Below are positions 24,834 through 36,875 of a stretch of DNA of 64,000 nt, piece by piece. The stretch lies in the NCBI GenBank assembly GCA_950097015.1, contig CATNEN010000001.1, forward strand, positions 25,978,001 to 26,042,000. The letters run 5' to 3'. The position numbers were made by a program, and so were the translations under genes. The DNA is from Macrostomum hystrix (lineage: Eukaryota; Animalia; Platyhelminthes). The number at the start of each line of letters is the position of its first letter. The first letter of the stretch is position 1. The notes under the pieces are model-generated. The model saw nothing but the letters and a program-made list of their open reading frames with translations, did not search any database and was not told where the DNA came from.

Positions 24834-25820
24834 CCTGAAGGTTAGGTGAAGCTTTGTTGAGAAGTGGATCGAGTTCCACCTGAAGGTTAGGTGGGGCATT
24901 GTTGGGAAGGGAATCGAATCTCCCCTGAAGGTTAGGTGGGGCATTGTTGGGAAGGGAATCGAATCTCTCCTGAAGGTTAGGTGGGACATTGTTGGGAAGG
25001 GGATCGAATCTCCCCTGAAGGTTAGGTGGGACATTGTTGAGAAGTGAATCGAATCTCTCCTGAAGGTTAGGTGGGACATTGTTGAGAAGTGAATCGAATC
25101 CCTCCTGAAGGTTAGGTGGGACATTGTTGAGAAGTGAATCGAATCCCTCCTGAAGGTTAGGTGGGACATTGTTGAGAAGTGAATCGAATCTCTTCTGAAG
25201 GTTAGATGGGGCATTGTTGAGAAGGGAATCGAATCTCTCCTGAAGGTTAGATGGGGCATTGTTGGGAAGGGAATCGAATCTCTTCTGAAGGTTAGGTAGG
25301 ACATTGTTGGGAAACGAATCGAATCCCTCCTGAAGGTTAGGTGGGACATTGTTGAGAAGGGAATCGAATCTCTCCTGAAGGTTAGGTGGGACATTGTTGA
25401 GAAGTGAATCGAATCTCTCCTGAAGGTTAGGTGGGACATTGTTGAGAAGTGAATCGAATCCCTCCTGAAGGTTAGGTGGGACATTGTTGAGAAGTGAATC
25501 GAATCCCTCCTGAAGGTTAGGTGGGACATTGTTGAGAAGTGAATCGAATCTCTCCTGAAGGTTAGGTGGGACATTGTTGAGAAGTGAATCGAATCTCTTC
25601 TGAAGGTTAGGTAGGACATTGTTGGGAAGGGAATCGAATCCCTCCTGAAGGTTAGGTGGGGCATTGTTGGGAAGGGAATCGAATCTCTTCTGAAGGTTAG
25701 GTAGGACATTGTTGGGAAACGAATCGAATCCCTCCTGAAGGTTAGGTGGGGCATTGTTGGGAAGGGGATCGAATCTCTCCTGAAGGTTAGGTAGGACATT
25801 GTTGAGAAGGGGATCGAATC
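24834..25820. repeat. Minisatellite, 45-bp unit CTGAAGGTTAGGTGGGACATTGTTGAGAAGTGAATCGAATCTCTC, ~22 copies
   Basis: Tandem repeats. Confidence 0.97.
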
Positions 25821-25903
25821 TATGTCGAAAGTGAAATTTGAGGTTCAAGTGCCAACTTAGTAACAAGCCCATAGCTGAAAGAAACAGGAAAACTATTCTT
25901 TAC

Positions 25904-26600
25904 CTTTGATAGCGGAACGATTAGCTGTTGTTGCTTCACTGAAAGCAATCAGCTGTACAAATAGAGGCTGTCCCAAAAGAATGGAGTCAGCGGAGAACGC
26001 AATTTACTGACAATCTTTAACGAAATATTTGATCTCAAATTGCTGTCACAAACTGTCGAAGCCGCGCTTGCTCGGTTGTCTGACAATTTCTGAGGCTTGT
26101 TGAAAAGCGAAGCGACCCCTAAAGCAGGGGCGGTTGAGGGGCGGGGGGTGGAGGGGGCGGAGCGGCGGCTAGAAAGGATTGGACAGATGTGCGAGGAAGC
26201 CGCCAACCGGGGCGCCCCCTTTGTGTGCGGAGAGCAGAAAAAAGGGGGGAGATGAGAGCGAAGAGGAGCCGGCACTGGGAAGGGAAAACTGGGAGGGCAG
26301 ATGCCGCCAACAAACGGCGCGCCGGCATTGGCTGCCGAAAAAGGGAAGAAGAGGAGAGAGGAGGAGGAGGGGTGGGGCGGGGACCAGAGAAGGGGAGCGT
26401 CAAAGCAGAGCTCGCCGCTGCTGCTTCCGCCGTCACCCACCCGGCCGCGTCTCCGCCTGCGTTTCTCGGGCCTCACTAAAACAGTCCAGAAATGGACCCC
26501 GCTGTCAGCACTGGACCAAGGTGGGGGGTGTCCCCTGCGTGTGTCTCCAAGCGGGTGTGGCTGGATCTCGGACAGCCAATCAGGAGAGATTCTGCTGCGT
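25904..26600 (-). promoter_or_regulatory. Candidate TCF promoter and non-coding first exon
   Basis: GC-rich island with several GGGCGG boxes (26127-26160, ~26374) and CCAAT boxes (~26178, ~26327, ~26576). Downstream minus-strand donor AAG|GTAAAG at 25903 could pair with the acceptor at 21357. Confidence 0.4.
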
Positions 26601-26753
26601 TTCTTTTAGTCCGAAGGGCGAGATTTAATTCAAGCAGGGGCTGATATCAGGAATGGCTTAGAGCTTACAGGGGGTCGACAGTCAGGTGTTGAATGAAAAA
26701 TAATTAAAATACTGTAAAATCTGGCCGTTATTGAGAACGTTTAGACACAAAAA

Positions 26754-27446
26754 TGTTAGAGTGACTGTTAGACAGGGTGACTGTTAGACAGGGTGACTGT
26801 TAGACCGGGTGACTGTTAGACAGGGTGACTGTTAGACAGGGTGACTGTTAGACAGGGTGACTGTTAGACAGGGTGACTGTTAGACCGGGTGACTGTTAGA
26901 CAGGGTGACTGTTAGACAGAGTGACTGTTAGACAGGGTGACTGTTAGACAGGGTGACTGTTAGACAGGGTGACTGTTAGACCGGGTGACTGTTAGACAGG
27001 GTGACTGTTAGACAGGGTGACTGTTAGACCGGGTGACTGTTAGACAGGGTGACTGTTAGACAGGGTGACTGTTAGACAGGGTGACTGTTAGACCGGGTGA
27101 CTGTTAGACAGGGTGACTGTTAGACAGAGTGACTGTTAGACAGGGTGACTGTTAGACAGGGTGACTGTTAGACAGGGTGACTATTAGACAGAGTGACTGT
27201 TAGACAGGGTGACTGTTAGACCGGGTGACTGTTAGACAGAGTGACTGTTAGACAGGGTGACTGTTAGACAGAGTGACTGTTAGACAGGGTGACTATTAGA
27301 CAGGGTGACTGTTAGACAGGGTGACTGTTAGACAGGGTGACTGTTAGACAGAGTAACTGTTGGACAGGGTGACTATTAGACAGGGTGACTGTTAGACAGG
27401 GTGACTGTTAGACAGGGTGACTGTTAGACAGAGTGACTGTTAGACA
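26754..27446. repeat. Minisatellite, 16-bp unit GTGACTGTTAGACAGG, ~43 copies
   Basis: Tandem repeats. Confidence 0.97.
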
Positions 27447-28259
27447 CAGTAGTGAATGTATGGCTTTGAGTGCTTATGAATACAGATGCTAATTTACACA
27501 ATAATTAACTAATTTAATTACTCGATTGGTGATTTGCGTTTAAAATCTAACTCAACCAAGTTAAACAAACACAGCAGATAAACTAGTTTACTACAAAAAG
27601 AGAAAATCTCTTACACTGCCAACGTCCTACGGAATTTAACCTACTTTAAGCTCCAACACTTTCACATTGCTAGTAGGCCTAGCTAATAAAAAGGGCAAAT
27701 AGAAATCAATAAAGTCAACTCCAAACTGTTAATGCGGAAAAACGCGTACAAAAATCGAGAAATGGTCAAATCCAAATTTTGCAGAACAGTTTTTGTTATA
27801 AAAATAGAGATTTACGCTAGCAAAAAAACTTTAAAGTAAGATTAAAAATGCAAGTGAGTTTATCGAGAACTAGTTATTTGTGAAAAAAATATCTAAGCAA
27901 TACTAAGTCAGAAGAAGAGTATAAGATTTCTGACTACTTGTATCAATCAGTAGCATAGTCAGGAAATTATGAAAAAATGTTTTTTCTTATACAATTGAAA
28001 AACATGTTTTCAAATAACTGCGATACCTTCAAAATGTTGTTGATGCAGTTGAAATTTCTCTAACTCGATGACAAAACAGCATTGAAATCCGTTTGTTCGG
28101 TTAGTCAACCTGTGGTAAAGGTGAGTGTGGTTGGATGGAATTGTTAATGATTTTGTTTTTTGACTATAACAGCTGCAGAACCTACAACATGATCAGCAAT
28201 GTAGAATGCTTTCAGGATTTGGGGTTGAAAAATCCCGGGGATTGTGGATCCGAGGATCT

Positions 28260-28790
28260 AGGATTTTGGAAACTTAAGGGATTTAGGATTCTGAAATCTT
28301 AAAGGATTGAAGATTCTGAAATCTTAAAGGATTGAGGATTCTGAAATCTTAAAGGATTGAGGATTCTGAAATCTTAAAGGATTGAGGATTCTGAAATCTT
28401 AAAGGATTGAGGATTCTGAAATCTTAAAGGATTGAGGATTCTGAAATCTTAAAGGATTGAGGATTCTGAAATCTTAAAGGATTGAGGATTCTGAAATCTT
28501 AAAGGATTGAGGATTCTGAAATCTTAAAGGATTGAGGATTCTGAAATCTTAAAGGATTGAGGATTCTGAAATCTTAAAGGATTGAGGATTCTGAAATCTT
28601 AAAGGATTGAGGATTCTGAAATCTTAAAGGATTGAGGATTCTGAAATCTTAAAGGATTGAGGATTCTGAAATCTTAAAGGATTGAGGATTCTGAAATCTA
28701 GAGGGATTGAGGATTCTGAAATCTAGAGGGATTGAGGATTCTGAAATCTAGAGGGATTGAGGATTCCGAAATCTTAAGTGATTGACGATT
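28260..28790. repeat. Minisatellite, 25-bp unit AAAGGATTGAGGATTCTGAAATCTT, ~21 copies
   Basis: Tandem repeats with degenerate edges. Confidence 0.96.
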
Positions 28791-29407
28791 GAAGAATCGT
28801 GGGATGCGGCCCCATAGCCTACAAGGCCTGATATGTACCGCCTGAAAGCTGTCAAGGAATCCCAATCTCAGTCAGGGATTAAACCACTTGTAGAATGGCA
28901 GTGAGCCAGTCTCCGCAGCATGTCGCAAGAAATGGACACCTTGACAGTCGCTGCACAGCACAGAACAGCGGCACTAAACAGTGAATAGTGGGATAAACCA
29001 ACTGGGATTTGAGGATCTTTTTTTATACAAAAATTGCGCCGCTTTCTTCATCTAGGCCCAACTCTCCGTTGCAGTCGAATGTTTATGCGAATCCCCTAGT
29101 GTAACCCAGCAGCACCAAAGCGTTTTTCTTACGCACCGCGATCGGCATCATGGCCACTTGAAAAACTACCTGTGGTGCCCCATGAACTTCAGGGCGTTAA
29201 TTCCATTACGCTAGACTACAAGAACTTACAGGCAATGCAGCCTCGCATGCAGTCTTCGAAAACAAGAAGATTAAAGCTCTAGACTGGAATTAAGCATTAT
29301 TGATTTCTAAGGATTAAGGACAAAGCAATTCTGGGGATCAAGGATAGACACAACCTGAGAAGAAATCCCTAGCGATCAAAAATATATAATCCTGGCGATT
29401 TACAAAG

Positions 29408-31146
29408 GGGATTGAGGAATAAGAAATCCTTGGGATTGAGGAACAAGAAATCCTTGGGATTGAGGAAGAAGAAATCCTTGGGATTGAGGAAGAAGAAATC
29501 CTTGGGATTGAGGAAGAAGAAATCCTTGGGATTGAGGTAGAAGAAATCCTTGGGATTGAGGTAGAAGAAATCCTTGGGATTGAGGAAGAAGAAATCCTTG
29601 GGATTGAGGAAGAAGAAATCCTTGGGATTGAGGTAGAAGAAATCCTTGGGATTGAGGAAGAAGAAATCCTTGGGATTGAGGAAGAAGAAATCCTTGGGAT
29701 TGAGGAAGAAGAGGTCCTTGGGATTGAGGAACAAGAAATCCTTGGGATTGAGGAAGAAGAAATCCTTGGGATTGAGGAAGAAGAAATCCTTGGGATTGAG
29801 GAAGAAGAAATCCTTGGGATTGAGGAAGAAGAAATCCTTGGGATTGAGGAAGAAGAAATCCTTGGGATTGAGGTAGAAGAAATCCTTGGGATTGAGGAAG
29901 AAGAAATCCTTGGGATTGAGGAAGAAGAAATCCTTGGGATTGAGGAAGAAGAAATCCTTGGGATTGAGGTAGAAGAAATCCTTGGGATTGAGGAAGAAGA
30001 AATCCTTGGGATTGAGGAAGAAGAAATCCTTGGGATTGAGGAAGAAGAAATCCTTGGGATTGAGGAAGAAGAAATCCTTGGGATTGAGGAAGAAGAAATC
30101 CTTGGGATTGAGGTAGAAGAAATCCTTGGGATTGAGGAAGAAGAAATCCTTGGGATTGAGGAAGAAGAAATCCTTGGGATTGAGGAAGAAGAAATCCTTG
30201 GGATTGAGGAAGAAGAAATCCTTGGGATTGAGGAAGAAGAAATCCTTGGGATTGAGGAAGAAGAAATCCTTGGGATTGAGGAAGAAGAAATCCTTGGGAT
30301 TGAGGAAGAATAAATCCTTGGGATTGAGGAAGAAGAAATCCTTGGGATTGAGGAAGAAGAAATCCTTGGGATTGAGGAAGAAGAAATCCTTGGGATTGAG
30401 GTAGAAGAAATCCTTGGGATTGAGGAAGAAGAAATCCTTGGGATTGAGGTAGAAGAAATCCTTGGGATTGAGGAAGAAGAAATCCTTGGGATTGAGGAAG
30501 AAGAAATCCTTGGGATTGAGGAAGAAGAAATCCTTGGGATTGAGGTAGAAGAAATCCTTGGGATTGAGGAAGAAGAAATCCTTGGGATTGAGGAAGAAGA
30601 AATCCTTGGGATTGAGGAAGAAGAAATCCTTGGGATTGAGGAAGAAGAAATCCTTGGGATTGAGGAAGAAGAAATCCTTGGGATTGAGGTAGAAGAAATC
30701 CTTGGGATTGAGGAAGAAGAAATCCTTGGGATTGAGGAAGAAGAAATCCTTGGGATTGAGGAAGAAGAAATCCTTGGGATTGAGGAAGAAGAAATCCTTG
30801 GGATTGAGGAAGAAGAAATCCTTGGGATTGAGGAAGAAGAAATCCTTGGGATTGAGGTAGAAGAAATCCTTGGGATTGAGGAAGAAGAAATCCTTGGGAT
30901 TGAGGAAGAAGAAATCCTTGGGATTGAGGTAGAAGAAATCCTTGGGATTGAGGAAGAAGAAATCCTTGGGATTGAGGAAGAAGAAATCCTTGGGATTGAG
31001 GAAGAAGAAATCCTTGGGATTGAGGTAGAAGAAATCCTTGGGATTGAGGAAGAAGAAATCCTTGGGATTGAGAAAGAAGAAATCCTTGGGATTGAGGAAG
31101 AAGAAATCCTTGGGATTGAGGAAGAAGAAATCCTTGGGATTGAGGA
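29408..31146. repeat. Minisatellite, 24-bp unit GGGATTGAGGAAGAAGAAATCCTT, ~72 copies
   Basis: Highly homogeneous tandem repeats. Confidence 0.98.
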
Positions 31147-31742
31147 TTGTAAAATCCTAGATATTTAGGATTTTACAACCCTTGAGACTGAAGATAAAAG
31201 AATGCTGGTGGTTTTGAGGGATAAGGAAAGCGAAAGAATGAGGGCGTCAATCGATGCCAGTTGAGGGCAGTGTCCGCTAATAATTACCTGCTGATAAATG
31301 GCTTGGAAAGCCAAGCGAAAGCAGGACACACTGGCCAAGTAGACAAAGACTGGAGAATGTAGAAAGGCTTGGAAATTAGCGCACTAAACTAGAAGAAGGA
31401 TAATATTGTTGCCAATACAACCGCCTATAGTCAGTTTTAGCGAGGCCGGTGCATTGCAGCATTCTGGCCTGGCTTGACTGTGAGTCACCGCTTGGCCCGA
31501 TACAGGCTCTCTGGTATATTGATGAGGCCAAGCTTCAATCGGTTTCGGCATCTCTTTGGGTGTCGTCTCTGTGCATTGTGCCAGCACACAATGGGACATT
31601 CTCACTTCTTCTTCCACTAGTGACAATCGACTTTATGTCACATCCCTTAAGTTTTTCATATAAACAGCAAATTAAACATAATTGAAACTGCCTAATCATC
31701 TAGACTCGAAATCTAATAAAACTGTAGGGTATTTTGATTTGT

Positions 31743-32486
31743 GGATCTTGTAGTTTAGGGATCAGGTAGTTTAGGGATCTGGTGGTTTAGGGATCTGGTA
31801 GTTTAGGGATCTTGTACTTTAGGAATCTCGTAGTTAAAGAATCTTGCAGTTAAGGAATCTTGTAGTTTAGGGATCTTGTTGTTAAGGGATCTTGCAGTTT
31901 AGGTGTCTTATAGTTTAGGGATCTGGTAGTTTAGGGATCTGGTAGTTTAGGGATCTGGTAGTTAAGGGATCTGGTAGTTTAGGATCTGGCAGTTAAGGAA
32001 TCTTGTAGTTAAGGGATCTTCTAGTTTAGGAATCTCGTAGTTACAGAATCTTGTAGTTAAGGAATCTTGTAGTTAAGGAATCTTGCAGTTTAGGGATCTT
32101 GTAGTTTAGGGACCATGTAGTTTAGGGATCTTGTAGTTTAGGGATCTTGTAGTTAAGGAATCTTGTAGTTAAGGAATCTTGCAGTTTAGGGATCTTGTAG
32201 TTTAGGGACCATGTAGTTTAGGGATCTTGTAGTTTAGGGATCTTGCAGTTTTGGGATCTTGTTGTTAAGGGATCTTGCAGTTTAGGTGTCTTATAGTTTA
32301 GGTGTCTTATAGTTTAGGGATCTGGTAGTTTAGGGATCTGGTAGTTTAGGGATCTGGTAGTTTAGGGATCTTGTAGTTTTGGGATCTTGTTGTTAAGGGA
32401 TCTTGCAGTTTAGGTGTCTTATAGTTTAGGGATCTGGTAGTTTAGGGATCTGGTAGTTTAGGGATCTGGTAGTTTAGGGATCTGGC
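31743..32486. repeat. Minisatellite, 16-bp unit TAGTTTAGGGATCTGG/TG, ~46 copies
   Basis: Tandem repeats. Confidence 0.95.
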
Positions 32487-33098
32487 AATTAAGGGAACGG
32501 GTGTGAATTTGGGGATTTGATAGTTGCGTGTTTTTCACTCGTTGCTTTGGGGAAGTTGAATATAGGGGATTCTGAACCACCCTTTGCCCAAAATACAAGG
32601 GTCAAAATCGTTGATAATAAGCATTGCGACCTTTGTGTACATAAAATGCACAATTTAGAGCAATTTATCGCATTATTCATAACTGCATGGAATTGAACCA
32701 GCTTTGGGTCAACTGAAAAAATGAAAAAAAAACAATTACGAAAAAAGAAGCAGTGCTGGCAAAGCGATGAAAATTTTAGAACAGAAAACTGGAATCAATG
32801 AGAAAGCACCGAGAACCAGCGCGTGTTGGATTTCTCTCCCACAGGTTTCCAATGTCCTTTGCCCGACAATAAGCATTTAGCTGCAGGACATTCTATATCC
32901 ATATGTGAACACATCAATGTATCCAATATTATTATTATATGAAAAATATTGGCCACCAGTTGTGATGAAAGCCAGGAAATGTAACAGCGTTTCCGATTGC
33001 CTGCCAGAAATAATCACATGAATAAGCTGGTGATTCTCACATTTCTGTGCTGCATCACTGAACTACATTCTTAATTTTCTGTGCAAACTTTTCTGTGC

Positions 33099-33470
33099 AA
33101 TCTCTTGCTAGTTCTCTACCCACTTCATCAATATCTTCCTAGTTCTCTACCCACTTCATCAATCTCTTCCTAGTTCTCTACCCACTTCATCAATCTCTTC
33201 CTAGTTCTCTACCCACTTTATCAATCTCTTCCTAGTTCTCTACCCACTTCATCAATCTCTTCCTAGTTCTCTACCCACTTTATCAATCTCTTCCTAGTTC
33301 TCTACCCACTTCATCAATCTCTTCCTAGTTCTCTACCCACTTTATCAATCTCTCCTTAGCTCTCTACCTGATCTATCAATCTCACCTTAGCTCTCTACCT
33401 GATCTATCAATCTCACCTTAGCTCTCTACCTGATCTATCAATCTAACCTTAGCTCTCTACCTGATCTATC
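33099..33470. repeat. Minisatellite, 31-bp unit TCAATCTCTTCCTAGTTCTCTACCCACTTCA, ~12 copies
   Basis: Tandem repeats. Confidence 0.93.
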
Positions 33471-35344
33471 TCACATTATAGATCATATTTATAGATCGTA
33501 TTTATATCACAATACCTCCCTACTTGTTAGTAGGACCTCGTAATATCTGCTAATCTGCAACAATTAACTTCAATACATATCGGGTAGATATTGACCACAA
33601 TCTTGTTAGTGTTTAAACAGATCCCCCAAATGAATAAAGTCAGACTGCACTGCATTGTGGCTAATCCTCTCAGATCATTTTCGGCCTGGCAACCAGGGGG
33701 GTCTAACCTAACCAAAATACAATAAACAGTGCAGTTGCTATCTGTCTGACCAACACTTTTTACCAAAGCTGGTTCACTCCATAGAAATCTATGATTTTTT
33801 ATATTAAAAACCATCACAACGACCACCAAACACAGAGGAACTAGACTTGTAAATGTCGCAAGACAAGACGGGAATGTGGCAAAACGATAGTAACTGTAGC
33901 CAGCATTAAAATATTATGACAAACTGATTGCTGAAATGCCAGGTGAAGAAGATATAGTTCCTCTCGCAAGAAATAAAGATGAAACGGAAATCCGTACAGG
34001 CGATGGAAAGTTCGCAGCGTTGGCATCATAGCCTGGCTAGCGGTGATAAAAACCAAAGCCGAATTCGTTATTTACCATTTTAGTATATTATAGAATGCTA
34101 CAACTTTATGCTTCAGGCTAGCGCAGAGAGAGATATTGACAGGTTTATTATGCCATCGTTAAACACGGGAAACCCGAATTCAAATATGATTGATGAATGC
34201 TTGCGAAAACTGACTCTCAGCGCACGCTAGCAGATATCTAGACATTTTATCAAACTTTTAACTAACTGGAATATAGCACTCGCATAGTAAGCAGAACACG
34301 ACTATACAGGTGACTGTACAGTTCTAATTTTATTTCATGGACTTTTTACAAATAATTTTTATCTATAGCGGCAATGCTAAGAGCCTTCATAGGATTTCTA
34401 ATGGACTGATTAGCTACTTAGGAAAGGCTGCGAGTTGCAGAACCCAACTCCTAACTACAAGATAAGAAGACGTCAAGGTGGTTGAAGAGAGGGAGTGGGT
34501 CACTGGCTGGGCAGGTAGATACTATTAGGCCCCAGCTGATGTTGCTGCAGTGCGTTTACTTGCAGAGGTGGGTGGTTTTGGTTACGCTCTGTGCGAATCT
34601 TTGCTAGTACAAAAACTGGATCAATCATTCAAAATGACCGGCGCAAATGACTAGCATAGTGCACAAACTAGACACACACAGAGATGCACATACAGATAGA
34701 TTGCTAGAATGGAATAAAGTCAAGATGAAGCACAGCTTCAGAATCTGCCCCGATTCTAGGAAGAGAATCAAAGCCAAGCGACAATGGAAAGAAAGATTTT
34801 ACTTTTGAAATTTCAAGTTCTCCTATCGTGATTGAAAATTTGCGGCAGAAATCAAAGAAAAAAGTCAATTCTGCCGAGCATTATTGTGACCACTCTCTGG
34901 CAGAGTAAGCCATTCTCTTTTCTCATTCTCATTCAGCTTTTTGTTCCCGAAAAAACAGACGTACAAAAATGCCAGAGGTAGGAAAAATAGCGATTTTTCA
35001 GCCGTTGGCACTCGCTTTGGTCCGGTGAGCCAGTTCAATGTGAGCACTCATCTAGCTAAGCTGGCTTCAGCTTTTTTTTCTACTTGAGCCAAAAAATGGG
35101 CGCCAGGCAAGAATGCCGAGGCTATTTTAACTGAAGACGGCACGCTTTTTACGTAAATATAATGCCGGAATCCAAGTCAAACAACAGCGAACAGCATTGC
35201 ATAACTGGCTTCCATTATTTTTGTTGGCATCATCAACAATGAAAATATTTTTTCATTATCTTTAAAATCGACGATCTAGAAGCAAGAGGGACTGCTTGTA
35301 GGTCCAAACCTTTTGAAGAACCCAGCTCTTAAGATAAACAGCAT

Positions 35345-35417
35345 GTGAAGTAACGAGCTCGCAAAGTAACGAGCTCGCAAAGTAACGAGCTCGCAAAGTA
35401 ACGAGCTCGCAAGTAAA
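35345..35417. repeat. Left part of the AAGTAACGAGCT minisatellite interrupted by the mariner
   Basis: Units AAGTAACGAGCTCGCA, same family as 36409-36875. Confidence 0.85.
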
Positions 35418-35419
35418 TA

Positions 35420-36406
35420 CGAGTTCTGACGGCCCCTGGGCCCCCACTGCATGGACTGCTGCTTAGTCAGTGGATAAAACATTGGCAGTGGTGTCTCATC
35501 CATACTGATGAGAAGTCGTTTAAACTCCTGATCACCAAGTTGCTGCCACAACTGCAAGTTCTCCGTTGCACAGTGAATTCGCTTTCTTTTGTGGTCCAGG
35601 GTCAACTCACGCGGCACCCACTTGGCACAGACTCTCGACCAGTTTATCTCCTTTAAGATGCGGCTCACAGAAGCAATGGAGATGCTACAGACCTCCTCAA
35701 CTTCACGCAATGTGGCAGAAGGATTGGCGCAGAGGTAATCACGGACAATCTGTTTGCTGTTGTCATCCGTTGACGTGCGGGGGCGACCTGACCTCGGCGC
35801 GTCACCACATCCTGTAGCACCATCGCGGAACGCCTTGCAGTGAGCATAAACCCGCGCTTGCGATAGTGCCTGATCTCCAAATGCCTGGTTCAGGTCCCGA
35901 GCGATATCGCATGGCTTCTTTCCAAGTTGAACCAGACCAGCGATAAAATGCCTTTGTCCTTCCTTCGATCCAAGTTCTGAATGATCTTTCGGTCGTTCCA
36001 TAGTCTCACTTGAAAGCACTTTTCAGTCAAGTCTCTCAGTCAAGCATTTGCAATTTTGAGCAGCCCCATGCAGCTTAAAAAACAAAAATTCCTAGGCAAC
36101 TTTGCCCATAAACAGCAGACACCGGAGACAGTATCAGAAGCAGCTGAGTGCATCAGCAGCATCATTAGCAGTTTTCAAGTTCTAAGCAAGTTCTCAGGTA
36201 TATAGACCACAGACAAAAATCGTAATTTTTAATCTCGAGGTCTGGACTTCAATGTGAGATTTCACTGGTGCATGTAGACCGATAGAGTTGCAACTGAAGC
36301 TGTGTGCTGTCCATATTTGCAAAATTACAAGGTAAAATTTCAAGTTAAAAAGTTTATCCATTAAAAAGTTATGACTAAATTCTCGTTACTTTTGAAACAC
36401 CCCTCG
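35420..36406 (-). mobile_element. Internally deleted mariner DNA transposon
   Basis: 5' TIR on the minus strand CGAGGGGTGTTTCAAAAGTAACGAGAA (ending at 36406), flanked by TA at 36407-36408. The left end keeps only TA-CGAG (35418-35423). Contains a truncated transposase. Confidence 0.88.
35424..36001 (-). pseudogene. Truncated mariner transposase (HTH domains, linker and first catalytic D only)
   Basis: ATG at 36001; motifs DAPRSGRP, WVPREL (mariner WVPHEL linker), ISMDET (first Asp), QQSMQW; then runs into satellite without the second and third catalytic Asp. Confidence 0.9.
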
Positions 36407-36408
36407 TA

Positions 36409-36875
36409 CAAGTTTGTGTCGTAACGAGTTTTTGAAGTAACGAGCTAGTGAAGTAACGAGCGAGTGAAGTAACGAGCTAGTGAAGTAACGAGCTAGTGAA
36501 GTAACGAGCTAGTGAAGTAACGAGCTAGTGAAGTAACGAGCTAGTGAAGTAACGAGCTAGTGAAGTAACGAGCTAGTGAAGTAACGAACCAGAAAGTGAA
36601 GTAACGAGCTAGTGAAGTAACGAGCTAGTGAAGTAACGAGCTAGTGAAGTAACGAGCTAGTGAAGTAACGAGCTAGTGAAGTAACGAGCTAGTGAAATAA
36701 CGAGCTTGTCAAGTAACGAGCTTGTCAAGTAACGAGCTAGTGAAATAACGAGCTTGTCAAGTAACGAGCTTGTCAAGTAACGAGCTTGTCAAGTTACGAG
36801 CTTGTGAAGTACTGAGTTTTTGAAGTACTGAGTTTGTGAATTAACGAGCTTGTGAAGTAACGAGCTTGTAAAGTA
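36409..36875. repeat. Minisatellite, 16-bp unit GAAGTAACGAGCTAGT, ~28 copies
   Basis: Tandem repeats abutting the mariner TIR. Confidence 0.95.

Noticed and set aside
24781-25872. 363-aa ORF with 15-aa repeats (NNVPPNLQERFDSLL), superficially LRR-like
   Set aside because: A 45-bp minisatellite open in two frames; lacks the LRR consensus and probably lies in the TCF 5' intron.
35276-36019. Functional full-length transposase or SETMAR-like fusion
   Set aside because: Lacks the second and third catalytic Asp, the C-terminus is satellite-derived, and no SET domain is nearby.
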